A stretch of 64,000 nucleotides of DNA from Eledone cirrhosa (Eukaryota): positions 26,474,001 to 26,538,000 of the forward strand of contig OZ024741.1 in the NCBI GenBank assembly GCA_964016885.1, given 5' to 3'. This document shows positions 27,401-42,837 of the stretch, piece after piece. Positions within the stretch are counted from its first letter, which is position 1; each line of letters begins with the position of its first letter. The translations under genes and the position numbers were made by a program. The notes under the pieces were generated by a model. The model did no database searches. It was given only the letters and a program-made list of their open reading frames with translations, and was not told where the DNA came from.

Positions 27401-28660
27401 CAACCATCTCTACAACCACCACCACCACCACTACAACAACCATCTCTACAACCACCACCACCACCACTACAACAACCATCTCTACAACCACCACCACCAC
27501 CACCACTACAACAACCATCTCTACAACCACCACCACCACCACTACAACAACCATCTCTACAACCACCACCACCACCACTACAACAACCATCTCTACAACC
27601 ACCACCACCACCACTACAACAACCATCTCTACAACCACCACCACCACCACTACAACAACCATCTCTAGAACCACCACCACCACCACTACAACAACCATCT
27701 CTACAACCACCACCACCACCACTACAACAACCATCTCTACAACCACCACCACCACCACTACAACAACCATCTCTACAACCACCACCACCACCACTACAAC
27801 AACCATCTCTACAACCACTACAACAACCATCTCTACAACCACCACCACTACAACAACCACCACAACCACTACAACAACCATCTCTACAACCACCACCACA
27901 ACCACCACAACCACTACAACAACCATCTCTACAACCACCACCACAACCACCACAACCACTACAACAACCATCTCTACAACCACCACCACCACCACCACCA
28001 CTACAACAACCATCTCTACAACCACCACCACTACAACCACCACCACTACAACAACAATCTCTACAACCACCACAACCACTACAACAACAATCTCTACAAC
28101 CACCATCTCTACAACCACCACCAGCACCACAACCATTACCACCACTACAACCACCACCACCAAAACAACCATCTCTACAACTACCACCACCACCATCTCT
28201 ACAATCACCACCACTACAACCATCTCCACTACCATCACCACCACCAAAACAATAACTATCTCTACAACCACCACCATCAAAACAACCATCTCTACAACTA
28301 CCACCACCGCCATCTCTACAACCACCACCACTACAACCATATCCACAACCACTACTACCACCAAAACAACCATCTCTACAACCACCACCACCACTACAAC
28401 CATCTCCACAACCACTACTACCACCAAAACAACCACCACTACAACAACCATCTCTACCACCGCCACCAAAACCACCATCTCTACAACCACCACCACCACC
28501 ACTACAACAACCATCTCTACAACCACCACCACTACAACAACCATCTCTACCACCATCAAAACAACCATCTCTACAACCACCACCACCACCTCTACAACCA
28601 CCACCACTATCTCTACAACCACCACCACCACCACCTCTACAACCACCACCATTATCATTG
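24480..28660. repeat. Compound trinucleotide-derived satellites ((ATG)n, CACCACTATAGCTACTACTAC, ACAACCATCTCTACAACCACC)
   Basis: Low-complexity tandem arrays; the poly-V/H/Y ORFs derive from them. Confidence 0.95.
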
Positions 28661-28766
28661 GATTCAGGATAATATAAGATGATGGGCTTGATTCCTCAAC
28701 TGGGTGAGGGTAGGGGCGCCATTGTCTTATTGAGTAAGATACTTCATTTCATGTTACTTTTCTTGA

Positions 28767-29066
28767 CATGACTGGGGCTCCTATAATTAAAACATCCAAG
28801 ATACCTCCTATGAGATGCAACCTCATAGAAGGCTTGTTAAACTGGCAAAGGTGTGAGTTGTCACATGATAGGACTGGGGCCTCACATCAAAACACTTGAG
28901 AGAGCTCCTATGAGATGCAACCTTCGAGGCCAGTTAAACTTACGAAGGTGTGAGCTGTAACAACATGATAGGACTGAGTCCTCATATCATTAAAACACCT
29001 GAGAAACATCCTATGAGATGCAACCTTGTAGGAAGCCAGTTAAACCAGCATAAGTGTGAGTTGTAA
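28767..29066. repeat. Three diverged ~100-bp tandem units
   Basis: GACTGGGGC...CCTATGAGATGCAACC...GTTAAAC...GTGTGAG present three times. Confidence 0.8.
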
Positions 29067-29739
29067 ATTTCATTTCATTTCTGACAATATCCGTCTCTAC
29101 TGCCATCACCCTCACCACTACTGCTACTACAACATAACCATTACCCACATCTCTAACTATAGCTATCAGCCTCACCTCAACTTGTTGACCCCCTCACTTG
29201 TTAACCCCCTCAATCATGAATGATTATGGGTTTCCACATAGAAAGTTCCCATCCAAGGCACAAACCCAGGCAAGGTGTTTTTGTGGAAGACTAGCATCTG
29301 ACCATACATACCAGTCTCTCCATGCCACCAATGATGAAAGGCAAAGGTCAATACAGCTTGGCACCAGTGATGTCGCAATGTGAAATAAAGCAACATGAAA
29401 TTTAGTGTCTTGCTGAAGGACATAATGCACTGCTTGGTCTGAGAATTGAACTGACAACCTCAAAATTGTGAACCAAATGCTTTAATCACTAAACCAGGTA
29501 CTTTCACAACAAGCATCACTACCACTACCATTAGTACAATACCACCATCAACATCACTATGACTGGCACAATAGCCACCACCACCACCACTACCACTAGT
29601 ACAATAAACACCACCACCAACACCACTGGTACAATAACCACCACCACCTCCACTGGTACACTACCACCACCAACACCACTATCACTGGTACAATAGCCAC
29701 CAGCACCACTACCACAATAAACACCGCCACAACCACCAT

Positions 29740-31320
29740 CAATACTACTGGTACAACAAGGACCACCAGAAACACCACAACTGGTACACTACCGCCACCA
29801 CCACTGGTACAACAAGGACCACCAGCAACACAACTGGTACAATAAGGACCACCAGAAACACCACAACTGGTACACTACCGCCACCACCACTGGTACAACA
29901 AGGACCACCAGCAACACAACTGGTACAACAAGGACCACCAGCAACACCACAACTGGTACACTACTGCCACCACCACTGGTACAATAAGGACCACCAGCAA
30001 CACCACAACTGGTACACTACTGCCACCACCACTGGTACAATAAGGACCACCAGCAACACCACAACTGGTACACTACCGCCACCACCACTGGTACAACAAG
30101 GACCACCAGCAACACCACAACTGGTACACTACCGCCACCACCACTGGTACAATAAGGACCACCAGCAACACCACAACTGGTACACTACCGCCACCACCAC
30201 TGGTACAACAAGGACCACCAGCAACACCACAACTGGTACACTACCGCCACCACCACTGGTACAATAAGGACCACCAGCAACACCACAACTGGTACACTAC
30301 CGCCACCACCACTGGTACAATAAGGACCACCAGCAACACCACAACTGGTACACTACCGCCACCACCACTGGTACAATAAGGACCACCAGCAACACCACAA
30401 CTGGTACACTACCGTCACCACCACTGGTACAAGGACCACCAGCAACACAACTGGTACACTACCGCCACCACCACTGGTACAACAAGGACCACCAGCAACA
30501 CCACAACTGGTACACTACTGCCACCACCACTGGTACAACAAGGACCACCAGCAACACCACAACTGGTACACTACTGCCACCACCACTGGTACAATAAGGA
30601 CCACCAGCAACACCACAACTGGTACACTACTGCCACCACCACTGGTACAATAAGGACCACCAGCAACACCACAACTGGTACACTACCGCCACCACCACTG
30701 GTACAATAAGGACCACCAGCAACACCACAACTGGTACACTACCGCCACCACCACTGGTACAATAAGGACCACCAGCAACACCACAACTGGTACACTACTG
30801 CCACCACCACTGGTACAACAAGGACCACCAGCAACACCACAACTGGTACAATAAGGACCACCAGCAACACCACAACTGGTACACTACTGCCACCACCACT
30901 GGTACAATAAGGACCACCAGCAACACCACAACTGGTACACTACTGCCACCACCACTGGTACAACAAGGACCACCAGCAACACCACAACTGGTACACTACT
31001 GCCACCACCACTGGTACAATAAGGACCACCAGCAACACCACAACTGGTACACTACCGCCACCACCACTGGTACAATAAGGACCACCAGCAACACCACAAC
31101 TGGTACACTACCGCCACCACCACTGGTACAACAAGGACCACCAGCAACACCACAACTGGTACACTACTGCCACCACCACTGGTACAATAAGGACCACCAG
31201 CAACACCACAACTGGTACACTACTGCCACCACCACTGGTACAACAAGGACCACCAGCAACACCACAACTGGTACACTACCGCCACCACCACTGGTACAAC
31301 AAGGACCACCAGCAACACAG
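29740..31320. repeat. 56-bp minisatellite
   Basis: GGTACACTACCGCCACCACCACTGGTACAATAAGGACCACCAGCAACACCACAACT units. Confidence 0.95.
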
Positions 31321-32259
31321 CTAAGTAAGCAAGCTAGTCTCTTTCCCACCACCATTCATACCACTACTACAGGAACCATTACTGTTTGTGTATTCCTTGC
31401 AGCGGCTGGGGGGGGGGGTTACCGCTACTCCCACCTCAAGACTGGGCCACCACCACCACCATCAACACTAACACCACCACCGTCACCATCAACACTAACA
31501 CCACCACCACCATCAACACTAACACCATGACCACCACCATCAACACTAACAACACCACCACTACCATCAACACTAACAACACCACCACTGCTACAGCAGC
31601 AGCAGCAGTTATAGCCAAGAAATTTGATTGGCTGATAAGCTGAAGTCCTTCCTGCTCAGCAACTGAGTGAGGAGGGGTGGGAGGAGAGGACTATACAGGA
31701 ATACAGAATAAGAGAGAGAGAGGGAGAGAGATGGAAGAAGAGAAAGGGAGAGAGAGAGAGAGAAGGGAAGAAGAGAGGAAGATATATGTAGGGGAGATGA
31801 GGAGAGAATATGTGTGAGTGAGGAGACTACTCATATGACCACCACCACTGCCACTATTACCACCATCACCACCACAACCACTACCAACACTACCACAACC
31901 AACACCACCACCACCAATACTACCACCATCACCACCACCAATACTACCACAACCAACATAACCACTACCACCGCCACTGCCAACACCAATACCACCACCA
32001 CAACTACAACCACCACCAACACTACCACCACTACAACACCCTAGTAGAACCACCACTAACACTCATTACCAACAGCACCACCACCACCATCATCATCAAT
32101 CAATCCATCTGGTATTGAGGGGTGGTGATATTTATAGTAGTAGTAGTAGAGCTAGCCATATGATTGTGGGGTGAGACTTGTGTGCTGGGGGAGGGGGATA
32201 TATGTTTGTTTTCAAGCCTGAAGAAGTAAAATCAATACTACCTACCTGATGACCATCTG

Positions 32260-34300
32260 CTGTGATGGTGGTGGTAGGGATGATGGTGGTGGTGGTGATG
32301 GTGGTGGGGGTGATGTGATGGTCATGGTGATAGTTGTGATGGTGGTGGTGGTAGGGATGATGGTTGTAATAGTGGTGGTAGTGGTGGTGTTGGTGATGGT
32401 TGTGATGGTGATGGTGATGGTGGTGGTTCCCCCTCCTAGGTCAGCTCTGATTTACTAGACCTATCATTAACAACATTCTAGCTAGGACCATCAGTCCTTT
32501 CTACAATATCTGGGAATACTACTTTGCTTTATATTTGTCCTTCTTTTAAGAGTGTGATTCAAAGGAATTTAACTGCTGTCTCTAGCAGGTCAGGCAACCA
32601 CATATAGATTTCCATATCATAGTGGTGGTGGTGGTAGTGGTGGTAGTGGTGGTGCTGATGGTGGTAGTGATTGTGGGGTGGTGGTGGTGATGGTGATGAT
32701 GATGATGGTGGGGTGGTGGTAGTGATTGTGGGGTGGTGGTGGTGGTGGTGATGGTGGTAGTGGTGATGGTGATGGTGGTAGTGATTGTGGGGTGGTGGTG
32801 GTGGTGGTGGTGATGGTGATGGTGGTAGTGGTGATGGTGATGGTGGTAGTGATTGTGGGGTGGTGGTGGTGGTGAGGATTATGATGATGGTGGTGGTTGT
32901 GGTCGGGGTGGGGGTGGTGGTCTTGGTGATTGTGGTAATGGTGGTGGTTGTGATGGCCTCTGGGTTGGTAATAGTGCTATGGTTTGTTTTGTTTAGCCCC
33001 AGGTCAACCCTAGTTGAGCAGACCTATGATCAAGGGTATTCCAACACTACCTCACCATCCTATTGAGAGACATAGTATATCTAGGACTATATTATCAAAT
33101 GTGTCCTTCCTTATTATACAGAACAGTGTGTGATTTGAAGGAGGATTTGACTGCTATCTCTAGTAACTTAAATAGTCAGATACAGGCACCTTTGTACAAC
33201 CATGTGACTTCGAGGAAGATTTAGCTGCTATTTCTAGAATTCTCATAAATGTTAGTGATACAGACGGTGGTGGTGGGAGTGGTGTTGGTGGTAGTGGTGT
33301 TGGTGGAAGTAGTGGTAGTGGTGTACGTGGTGTTGGTAGAAGAGGTGGTGGTGGAAGTGGTGTTGGTGGTAGTGGTGTTGGTGGAAGTAGTGGTAGTGGT
33401 GAACTTGGTGTTGGTAGAAGAGGTGGTGGTGGAAGTGGTGTTGGTGGTAGTGGTGTTGGTGGAAGTGGTGTTGGTGGAAGTAGTGGTAGTGGTGAACGTG
33501 GTGTTGGTAGAAGAGGTGGTGGTGGAAGTGGTGTTGGTGGAAGCAGTGGTGGTGGTAGTGGTATTGGTGGAAGTGGTGTTGGTGGAAGTGGTATTGGTGG
33601 AAGTGGTGTTGGTGGAAGTAGTGGTAGTGGTGAACGTGGTGTTGGTAGAAGTGGTGGTGGTGGAAGTGGTGTTGGTGGAAGCAGTGGTGGTGGTAGTGGT
33701 GTTGGTGGAAGCGGTGGTGATGGTAGTGGTATTGGTGGAAGTGGTATTGGTGGAAGAGGTTTTGGTGGTGGTGGTGGTAGTGGTGGTGGTGGTAGTGGTG
33801 TTGGTGGAAATGGTATTGGTGGAAGTGGTGTTGGTGGAAGTAGTATTAGTGAAAGTGTTGGTGGAAGTGGTGTTGGAGGAAGTGGTGGTGGAAGTGGTGT
33901 TGGTGTAGGTGGTAGTGGTGTTGGTGGACGTGGTGGCAGTGGTAGTGGCGTTGGTGGTAGTGGTGTTAGTGGTAGTAGTGTTGGTGGTAGTGGTGTTGGT
34001 GGAAGTGGAAGTGGTGGTGGTGGTAGTGGTGGAAGTGGACGTGGTGGCGGAAGTGATGTTGGTGGTAGTGGTGTTGGTGGAAGTGGTAGTGGTGGAAGTG
34101 GTGTTGGCGGAAGTGATGTTGGTAGAAGTGGACGTGGAAGTGGTGTTGGTGGTAGTGGTGTTGGTGGTAGTGGTGTTGGTGGTAGTGGTGTTGGTGGTAG
34201 TAGTGTTGGTGGAAGTGGTAGTGGTGGAAGTGGTGTTGGTGGTAGTGGTGTTGGTGGTAGTGGTGCTGGTGGTAGTGGTGCTGATGGTAGTGGAAAGTTA
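32260..34300. repeat. GTG/GGT-rich low-complexity arrays
   Basis: GTGGTGTTGGTGGAA/GTA repeats. Confidence 0.9.
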
Positions 34301-34434
34301 TTAATGCTAGTGGTAGTACTGATAATGTGAGCTGTGTTGTTAATGGTGGTGGGATGGTAGCTGCAGCAGTAGTTAGGAACAAAATGAAATGTTGATTGAA
34401 GAGGGAGCTTTTGGAACTAATGCTGGTCTAAGGA

Positions 34435-36975
34435 GGACAGACAGACAGACACATAATGTAGAGATGGGGAAAGAGAGAGACAGAGAGATAATGTAGAGAT
34501 GGGGAGACAGACAGACAGACACATAATGTAGAGATGGGGAAAGAGAGAGACAGAGAGATAATGTAGAGATGGGGAGACAGACAGACAGACACATAATGTA
34601 GAGATGGGGAAAGAGAGAGACAGAGAGATAATGTAGAGATGGGGAGACAGACAGACAGACAGATACTGTAGAGATGGGGAAAGAGAGAGACAGAGAGATA
34701 ATGTAGAGATGGGGAGACAGACAGACAGACAGACAGATACTGTAGAGATGGGGAAAGAGAGAGACAGAGAGATAATGTAGAGATGGGGAGACAGACAGAT
34801 AATGTAGAGATGGGGAGACAGAGAGACAGAGAGATAATGTAGAGATGGGGAGACAGAGAGACAGAGAGATAATGTAGAGATGGGGAGACAGAGAGACAGA
34901 TAATAGAGAGACAGAGAGATAATGTAGAGATGGGGAGACAGACAGACAGATAATGTAGAGATGGGGAGACATACAGACAGACAGATAATGTAGAGATGGG
35001 GAGACACACAGACAGAGAGATAATGTAGAGATGGGGAGATAGAGAGATAATGTAGAGATGGGGAGACAGAGAGACAGACACATAATGTAGAGATGGGGAA
35101 AGAGAGAGACAGAGAGATAATGTAGAGATGGGAAGACAGACAGACAGACAGAGAGATAATGTAGAGATGGGGAGACAGACAGACAGATAATGTAGAGATG
35201 GGGAGATAGAGAGATAATGTAGAGATGGGGAGATAGAGAGATAATGTAGAGATGGGAAGACAGACAGACAGACAGATAATGTAGAGATGGGGAGACAGGC
35301 AGACAGACAGATAATGTAGAGATGGGGAGACAGACAGACAGACAGATAATGTAGAGATGGGGAGACAGACAGACAGATAATGTAGAGATGGGGAGACAGA
35401 CAGACAGACACATAATGTAGAGATGGGGAAAGAGAGAGACAGAGAGATAATGTAGAGATGGGGAGACAGACAGACAGATAATGTAGAGATGGGGAAAGAG
35501 AGAGACAGAGAGATAATGTAGAGATGGGGAAAGAGAGAGACAGAGAGATAATGTAGAGATGGGGAGATAGAGAGATAATGTAGAGATGGGGAGATAGAGA
35601 GATAATGTAGAGATGGGGAGATAGAGAGATAATGTAGAGATGGGGAGACAGACAGACAGAGAGATAATGTAGAGATGGGGAGACAGACAGACAGACAGAT
35701 AATGTAGAGATGGGGAGACAGACAGACAGATAATGTAGAGATGGGGAAAGAGAGAGACAGAGAGATAATGTAGAGATGGGGAGACAGACAGATAATGTAG
35801 AGATGGGGAAAGAGAGAGACAGAGAGATAATGTAGAGATGGGGAGACAGACAGACAGACAGACAGATACTGTAGAGATGGGGAAAGAGAGAGACAGAGAG
35901 ATAATGTAGAGATGGGGAGACAGACAGACAGACAGATAATGTAGAGATGGGGAGACAGAGAGACAGAGAGACAGAGAGATAATGTAGAGATGGGGAGACA
36001 GAGAGACAGATAATGTAGAGACAGAGAGACAGAGAGATAATGTAGAGATGGGGAGACAGACAGATAATGTAGAGACAGAGAGACAGAGAGATAATGTAGA
36101 GATGGGGAGACAGAGAGACAGATAATGTAGAGACAGAGAGACAGAGAGATAATGTAGAGATGGGGAGACAGACAGACAGATAATGTAGAGATGGGGAGAC
36201 ATACAGACAGACAGATAATGTAGAGATGGGGAGACACACAGACAGAGAGATAATGTAGAGATGGGGAGACAGAGAGATAGAGAGATAATGTAGAGATGGG
36301 GAGACAGAGAGACAGATAATGTAGAGACAGAGAGACAGAGAGATAATGTAGAGATGGGGAGACAGAGAGACAGATAATGTAGAGACAGAGAGACAGAGAG
36401 ATAATGTAGAGATGGGGAGACAGACAGACAGATAATGTAGAGATGGGGAGACAGACAGACAGACAGATAATGTAGAGATGGGGAGACAGACAGACAGAGA
36501 GATAATGTAGAGATGGGGAGACAGACAGACAGACAGATAATGTAGAGATGATAATGTAGAGATGGGGAGACAGACAGACAGACAGATAATGTAGAGAAAA
36601 GGAGACAGGCAGACAGAGAGATAATGTAGAGATGGGGAGACAGACAGACAGACAGATAATGTAGAGAAAAGGAGACAGGCAGACAGAGAGATAATGTAGA
36701 GATGGGGAGACAGAGAGACAGACAGATAATGTAGAGAAGAGGAGACATACAGGCAGACAGAGAGATAATGTAGAGATGGGGAGACAGACAGACAGACAGA
36801 TAATGTAGAGATGGGGAAAGAGAGAGACACACAGATAATGTAGAGATGGGGAGACAGACAGACAGACAGATAATGTAGAGATGGGGAGACAGGCAGACAG
36901 ACAGATAATGTAGAGATGGCGAGACAGGGAGACAGACAGAGAGATAATGTAGAGATGGGGAGACAGAGAGACAGG
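34435..36975. repeat. GATAATGTAGAGATGGGGA(GACA)n variable minisatellite
   Basis: Constant ~19-nt core plus variable GACA/GAGA tracts. Confidence 0.95.
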
Positions 36976-37048
36976 TCAGATGAAAGAGATGTAAAAAGAT
37001 GTTGAAAGAAGGTTTGACTCTGAGAAAATATGAAAGACTATATGTTAC

Positions 37049-37183
37049 CTTGTCATCACCACTAATGTAATGTTTACCACTCCCTGCCTTGGAAAATTGT
37101 GGATCAAGAGCAATTGCTTTGATTGGTCGATCAAAATTCTTTGATTGGTCATTTTCACTTGAACATAAACCAGTGATAATGAT
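37049..37183 (-). CDS. VPS41: VPS41 coding exon (most 5' exon found in window), beta-propeller region
   Basis: TTGCAG acceptor, GTAAC donor, 135 nt: IIITGLCSSENDQSKNFDRPIKAIALDPQFSKAGSGKHYISGDDK. Resembles recalled human VPS41 VQVFGLYS..FDCPIKIIAVHPHF..KQFVTGGKK. Confidence 0.92.
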
Positions 37184-38851
37184 CTGCAACAGAAAAATAT
37201 GAGGTTTAACCCCTTTATCATAGTTTTAATGAAATACACCAACTATGTATTTCAAGTTATTTTGAAAATAATTACATTTTGGAGGAAATAAATAAAACAA
37301 TAAAATAACTAACATTAGGAATATTAGTTAACATATTTTACACAAAATATAAAATTAGTATACATTTGAATATTAAGTAGAAACATTTGAAAATGGGCAG
37401 TTTTGAATCATAAATGTAGGGGAGTTTTAAGTGGGTTGGTGTTAAAAGGGATTAAGCACATAATCACCTGTTGTTATGTTGAATAATGATACTTTCACCA
37501 TTCAACATGGTGTGTATGTATATATATAGTTTGTGTTAGTTGTATTTTGTTGCTGGGTAGGGTTGTGTAAGGAAGGACACTACAAAAAGCACCCAACCCA
37601 CACTGTAAGGTGGTTGTGTATGTGTCCCAACAAAAAAAAGCACCTTTGACTGGATTTATTCATACCTAAAATAAATACTATCAATCACACAAATTGGATG
37701 GTTCTTCCTAATGCCAACCACATTACAGCGAGGACTGGGTGCTTTTTATCATGGCACCAGCACAACCACCTTATAGGGTAGACAGGGTGCTGTTGTTTTT
37801 GTCGTGATGGCAGCAGTACAGTGGGAGAGCAGGTGAAGAGTGTCCAGCTTTCCATGCTTGTAGGGAGAGGTATGGAGGGCGAGAATTGGAGGGAGAGTGG
37901 TGTGTGGAGGAGATGAAGAAGGTGAGTGAGGCTGGTCTATGGTGGGATAGCTGCTATGTATCCAACCAAAGTATTTAGATATGAGAAGCTGTAGGGGGGG
38001 AAGATTGGTGCAGACTGGTGTCCTCTAGATGCTTGCTTCATGCTCTGCACATGTAGGTTTTCCACAGTACAGCATATCACTGGAGATCTCGATCCCGTGT
38101 CATCTTTGAAAGGTTAAATTGTGCAAGGTCAGTTTTTATATATGTATATGTGATGTGTATGAAGGATGACAGCTGTATGAATAGGTGCAGGGCGGATGGA
38201 AGCTATGGAGTAGGAAGACACGGGATGAGGTGACCTTGCTGATCTTGCACAATTAGTACAACCCGTCTAACGCATGCTAACGTGGAAAATAGACATTAAA
38301 CGATAATGATGATGATTATATATATATATAATCATCGTCATCATCATATCATCATCATCGTTTAACGTCCATCTTCCACGCTTGCATGATATATAATTTT
38401 TCTTATCTCTTATAAATAAAATATATTCTAAGAGGCTATTTATTTGGTGGACATGTCAAAATGAGAAGTTATCTTAAAATTTAATCTGAGAACAAAGAAT
38501 TTATTTCTGCAACTAGCTTTTGTTTTGTGCAGGTTATTTCAATATATCGACAGAGAAATCTTTGATTTGGCAACTTGATTTGTTCAGTGAAGTCTCAGAC
38601 GAATCCATGTAGAAGATTAAAATAAATAAATAATGATAATATAACAACAACAGGAACAATGGTGAGAGAAACTGTGACAATGACAATAACAAATATATAT
38701 ATATATAGAAGCGAAAACCAACCAAACAGTGAGTGTGTTCTGTTATTAATTCTGGCAATATTACACAAATATGACCCTCCCCAAGTATAACAATATTTGT
38801 TTCGACACACGATTTCATATAAAAAACCTCGCAAAACTAATTCATCGCCGC

Positions 38852-38922
<71 letters not shown>

Positions 38923-38965
38923 GTATATATATATGTATATATATATGTATATATATATGTATATA

Positions 38966-39012
<47 letters not shown>

Positions 39013-39037
39013 GTATATATATATGTATATATATATG

Positions 39038-39174
<137 letters not shown>

Positions 39175-39175
39175 G

Positions 39176-39257
<82 letters not shown>

Positions 39258-39574
39258 TGTATATATATAAATATATATATATGTATCATCATCATCATCA
39301 TCATCACCGTTTTACGTCCGTTCTTCCACGCTAGCATGGGTTAGACGGGTTGTCCTGTTGTGGGCAGTGTCTGGTCGGCTGACCATGCCTTGCTCATACA
39401 GGAACTGATCTGGCTTGATTTCTACAGCTGGATGCCCTTCCTAACACCAACCTCATTTACAGTGAGTGCTGGGTGCTTTTTCGTGGCGCCTACACGTCCA
39501 CTTTACAGTGTGGGCTGGGTGCTTTTTTGCCGTGGCACCTCCACGACCACCTTGCGGTGGGGGGGGGGGGGCAT

Positions 39575-39880
39575 ATTGTTTATATGCTTCAGCATGTACC
39601 CATGGGAGGTCGGGTACCCTGTATTACTGCGTGACGCCAGAAGTCACGGTCGTGTGTCATTGACTTTGAGAGGTGTAGTTGGGTAAGGTCGGCTTTTATC
39701 ACCTCATCCCAAGTCATCTTGGGTCTCCCCACTCCGCGGTTTCCATCAACTTCTAGTGCTCTGCACCTTTTTATGCAGCTGTCATCCTTCATACGCATCA
39801 CATGTCCATACCAGCGTAACCGCCTCTCCTGCACGCAGCATTTGATTCCTCTTATGCTCAGTCTCTCTCTCAATTCCTGT
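39575..39880 (-). mobile_element. RTE-like LINE 3' fragment (third variant) joined to the shared tail at 39285-39570
   Basis: [33 protein letters not shown]. Confidence 0.85.
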
Positions 39881-39883
39881 ATG

Positions 39884-39968
<85 letters not shown>

Positions 39969-40010
39969 GTATATATGTATATATATATATGTATATATAT
40001 ATGTATATAT

Positions 40011-40358
40011 GGAGGCACATGGCTTAATGGTTAGAGCATTGGCTTTGCAATCGAAAGGTTGTGAGTTCAATTCTCAGACTGGGTGATGTGTTGTTTCCTT
40101 GATCAAGACACTTTATTTCACATTGCTCCAGTTTACTCAGCTGTAGAAATGAGATGATAGGGACTGGAGACCCTATCATTCCACTGCAAAGTGGTTGTGG
40201 AGGTGCCACGGCAAAAAAAAAGCACCCAGCACTCACTGTAAATGAGGTTGGTGTTAGGAAGGGCATCCAGCTGTAGAAATCAAGCCAGAATCAGTTCCTG
40301 TCCCACCCTTGCAAGCAGGGAAAAGCGGACGTAAAATGAAATGATGAAAAATGATGAT
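40011..40358 (+). mobile_element. SINE family A copy
   Basis: Near-identical to 60433-60780. Confidence 0.88.
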
Positions 40359-40438
<80 letters not shown>

Positions 40439-40672
40439 TATAATGAAGGAAATGTGGTAAGGAACCAGGTGGACCATAACGCACCAAAGTACTCAATACT
40501 TATGGTAGTAGAGTGGGTAATAGGAACGAGTGGGACCGCGACGGCTGAGCTCAAGCCGTTTCGACGGCTAATTCTGGACTAAATAAAAATTTTTATCCTG
40601 GTATTTGAATACATATATATATATATGTATATATATATATATGCATATGTATATATATATATATATATATAG

Positions 40673-40715
<43 letters not shown>

Positions 40716-40717
<2 letters not shown>

Positions 40718-41375
40718 AAAAAATTAGAAATAAGAGGGATCAGATGTTGTTTACTCGAGAGAAGGCTACGTTGGTATGGACACGTGATGCGCATGAAAGT
40801 CGATAGCTGTATAACAAAGTGCAGGGCAATAAAGATAGTCGGTAGCCACGGAGTAGGCAGACCTAGAAAAACCTGGGACAAGCTGATAAACTCCGACCTC
40901 ACAAACTTACACCTCTCCAAGACAATGTCACTGGACCGAGACCTTTGGCGGTACTCAGTAACAGAGAAGACCCGCCTTACCTAAATACATAGTAAAACCT
41001 ACTACAGCCAGTAGGCATCTCTAACAAAATACACCCTGTCCCACCACCCCCACCCCATCCACACCACCCCGTTCTATGTAAAGTTATGTTGGTGCCGCGC
41101 CATCCAGGCCGAAACAAATGAGATCGTGTAGGTGTCACGACAAAAAATCACACAGTCCACGCTGTAATGTGGCCGTGTAGGCAACACGGTAAAAACCTCC
41201 CAGACCCACACTGTAAATGTGGTTGGTGTTAGGAAGGGCATCCAACTGTAGAAAACCTGCCAGACAGTCCTATGCGAGCAAGACAATCACTCTTGCCTCA
41301 AGTGGGAATACCCCCGTCCAAACCCATGCAAGCGTGGAACACGGACGTTAAACGTTGATGATGATGATGATGATA
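40716..41375 (+). mobile_element. RTE-like LINE 3' fragment, same family as 57480-60272
   Basis: Near-identical to 59656-60270. Confidence 0.9.
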
Positions 41376-41799
41376 TATATGTATATGAGATGACCCCTTA
41401 GCCTTTGTCAAGGCAGACTTCTAGAAGGAAAACTCTGATATAACACCTGCAACCCTGATGGTATCCAATGATGTTGACTTGTTCTTCTTTTTGGTAAATA
41501 TCATCTTGGTTAAGAGTGTGGGACTGGCTTAGTGCAGTGCCTTTGCTTACTATAAAAGCTTCACGGCACAGGCATTGCTTTATATCTGGAGATCTCTCTG
41601 CACTTGCCGTCACATGGTACCATGGGCCCAGCACTATGTCTCAATAATTGTCACAAGTGTAGTGTTTGTACCAGAGTTTTCAAGTCGCTGGCTCGACTAA
41701 AAAGTCACACTTGTTCAGCGCATCGGTAGGGGTTCTCCTACAGGGATATAAAGTAGTGGCCGTACTCGAAAACGAGTTGGCAGCCACCATGTATATGTA

Positions 41800-41844
<45 letters not shown>

Positions 41845-41943
41845 GTATATATATATATGTGTATATATATATATGTATATATATATATATGTATATATAT
41901 ATGTATATATATATATGTGTATATATATATATATGTATATATA

Positions 41944-41992
<49 letters not shown>

Positions 41993-42029
41993 GTGTATAT
42001 ATATGTATATATATATATATGTATATATA

Positions 42030-42102
<73 letters not shown>

Positions 42103-42143
42103 ATATATATATATATATATATGTGTATATATGTGTATATATA

Positions 42144-42184
<41 letters not shown>

Positions 42185-42211
42185 ATATATGTGTATATAT
42201 GTGTATATATA

Positions 42212-42266
<55 letters not shown>

Positions 42267-42487
42267 AAGTATGTATGTATACATACATACATATATGTAT
42301 ACAGACGTACAGTAGCATGCATATATATATATATATATGCATGCTACTGTACGTCTGTATACATATATGTATGTACGTATACATACATACTTACATTTAA
42401 GTAAGTGCCATTCTAAGAGTGAGAAATGAAATTTCGTTTTCATTTTATTTCAACCTATATATATATATGTGTATATATATATATGTA

Positions 42488-42540
<53 letters not shown>

Positions 42541-42589
42541 ATATATATATATGTATATGTATATAAGTGTATATATATATATGTATATG

Positions 42590-42647
<58 letters not shown>

Positions 42648-42750
42648 AAGACAAACATAGAATATTCGAAAATATTCTGTATGTTTATAATAAACATTTT
42701 GAAGACCCAATCGCTATAGAATAGAATACGTCACGTATTACAATTTGAGA

Positions 42751-42837
42751 TTCTCGATAAAAGTAAGGGAAGTAATCTACGCGTTTCATTCTTGTTAGAA
42801 ATCTTCAGGATTACATATCCAATACTTTTATCGAGAA
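42751..42837 (-). ncRNA. Minimal type I hammerhead ribozyme
   Basis: GUAAUC-CUGAAGA-UUUCU(AACA)AGAAU-GAAA-CGCG-UA/GAUUAC; stem I extended by a perfect 15-bp duplex; predicted cleavage 42778/42777. Confidence 0.85.

Noticed and set aside
24370-37048. Long ORFs (poly-V, H/Y, LSVC repeats; 400-900 aa)
   Set aside because: Stop-poor translations of simple satellites inside a VPS41 intron. The 938-aa ORF is real only for its 45-codon exon.
38581-38616. CAGTGA-AGTC/GAC-GAAT hammerhead-like motif
   Set aside because: Both conserved core segments deviate; not supportable without a family consensus.
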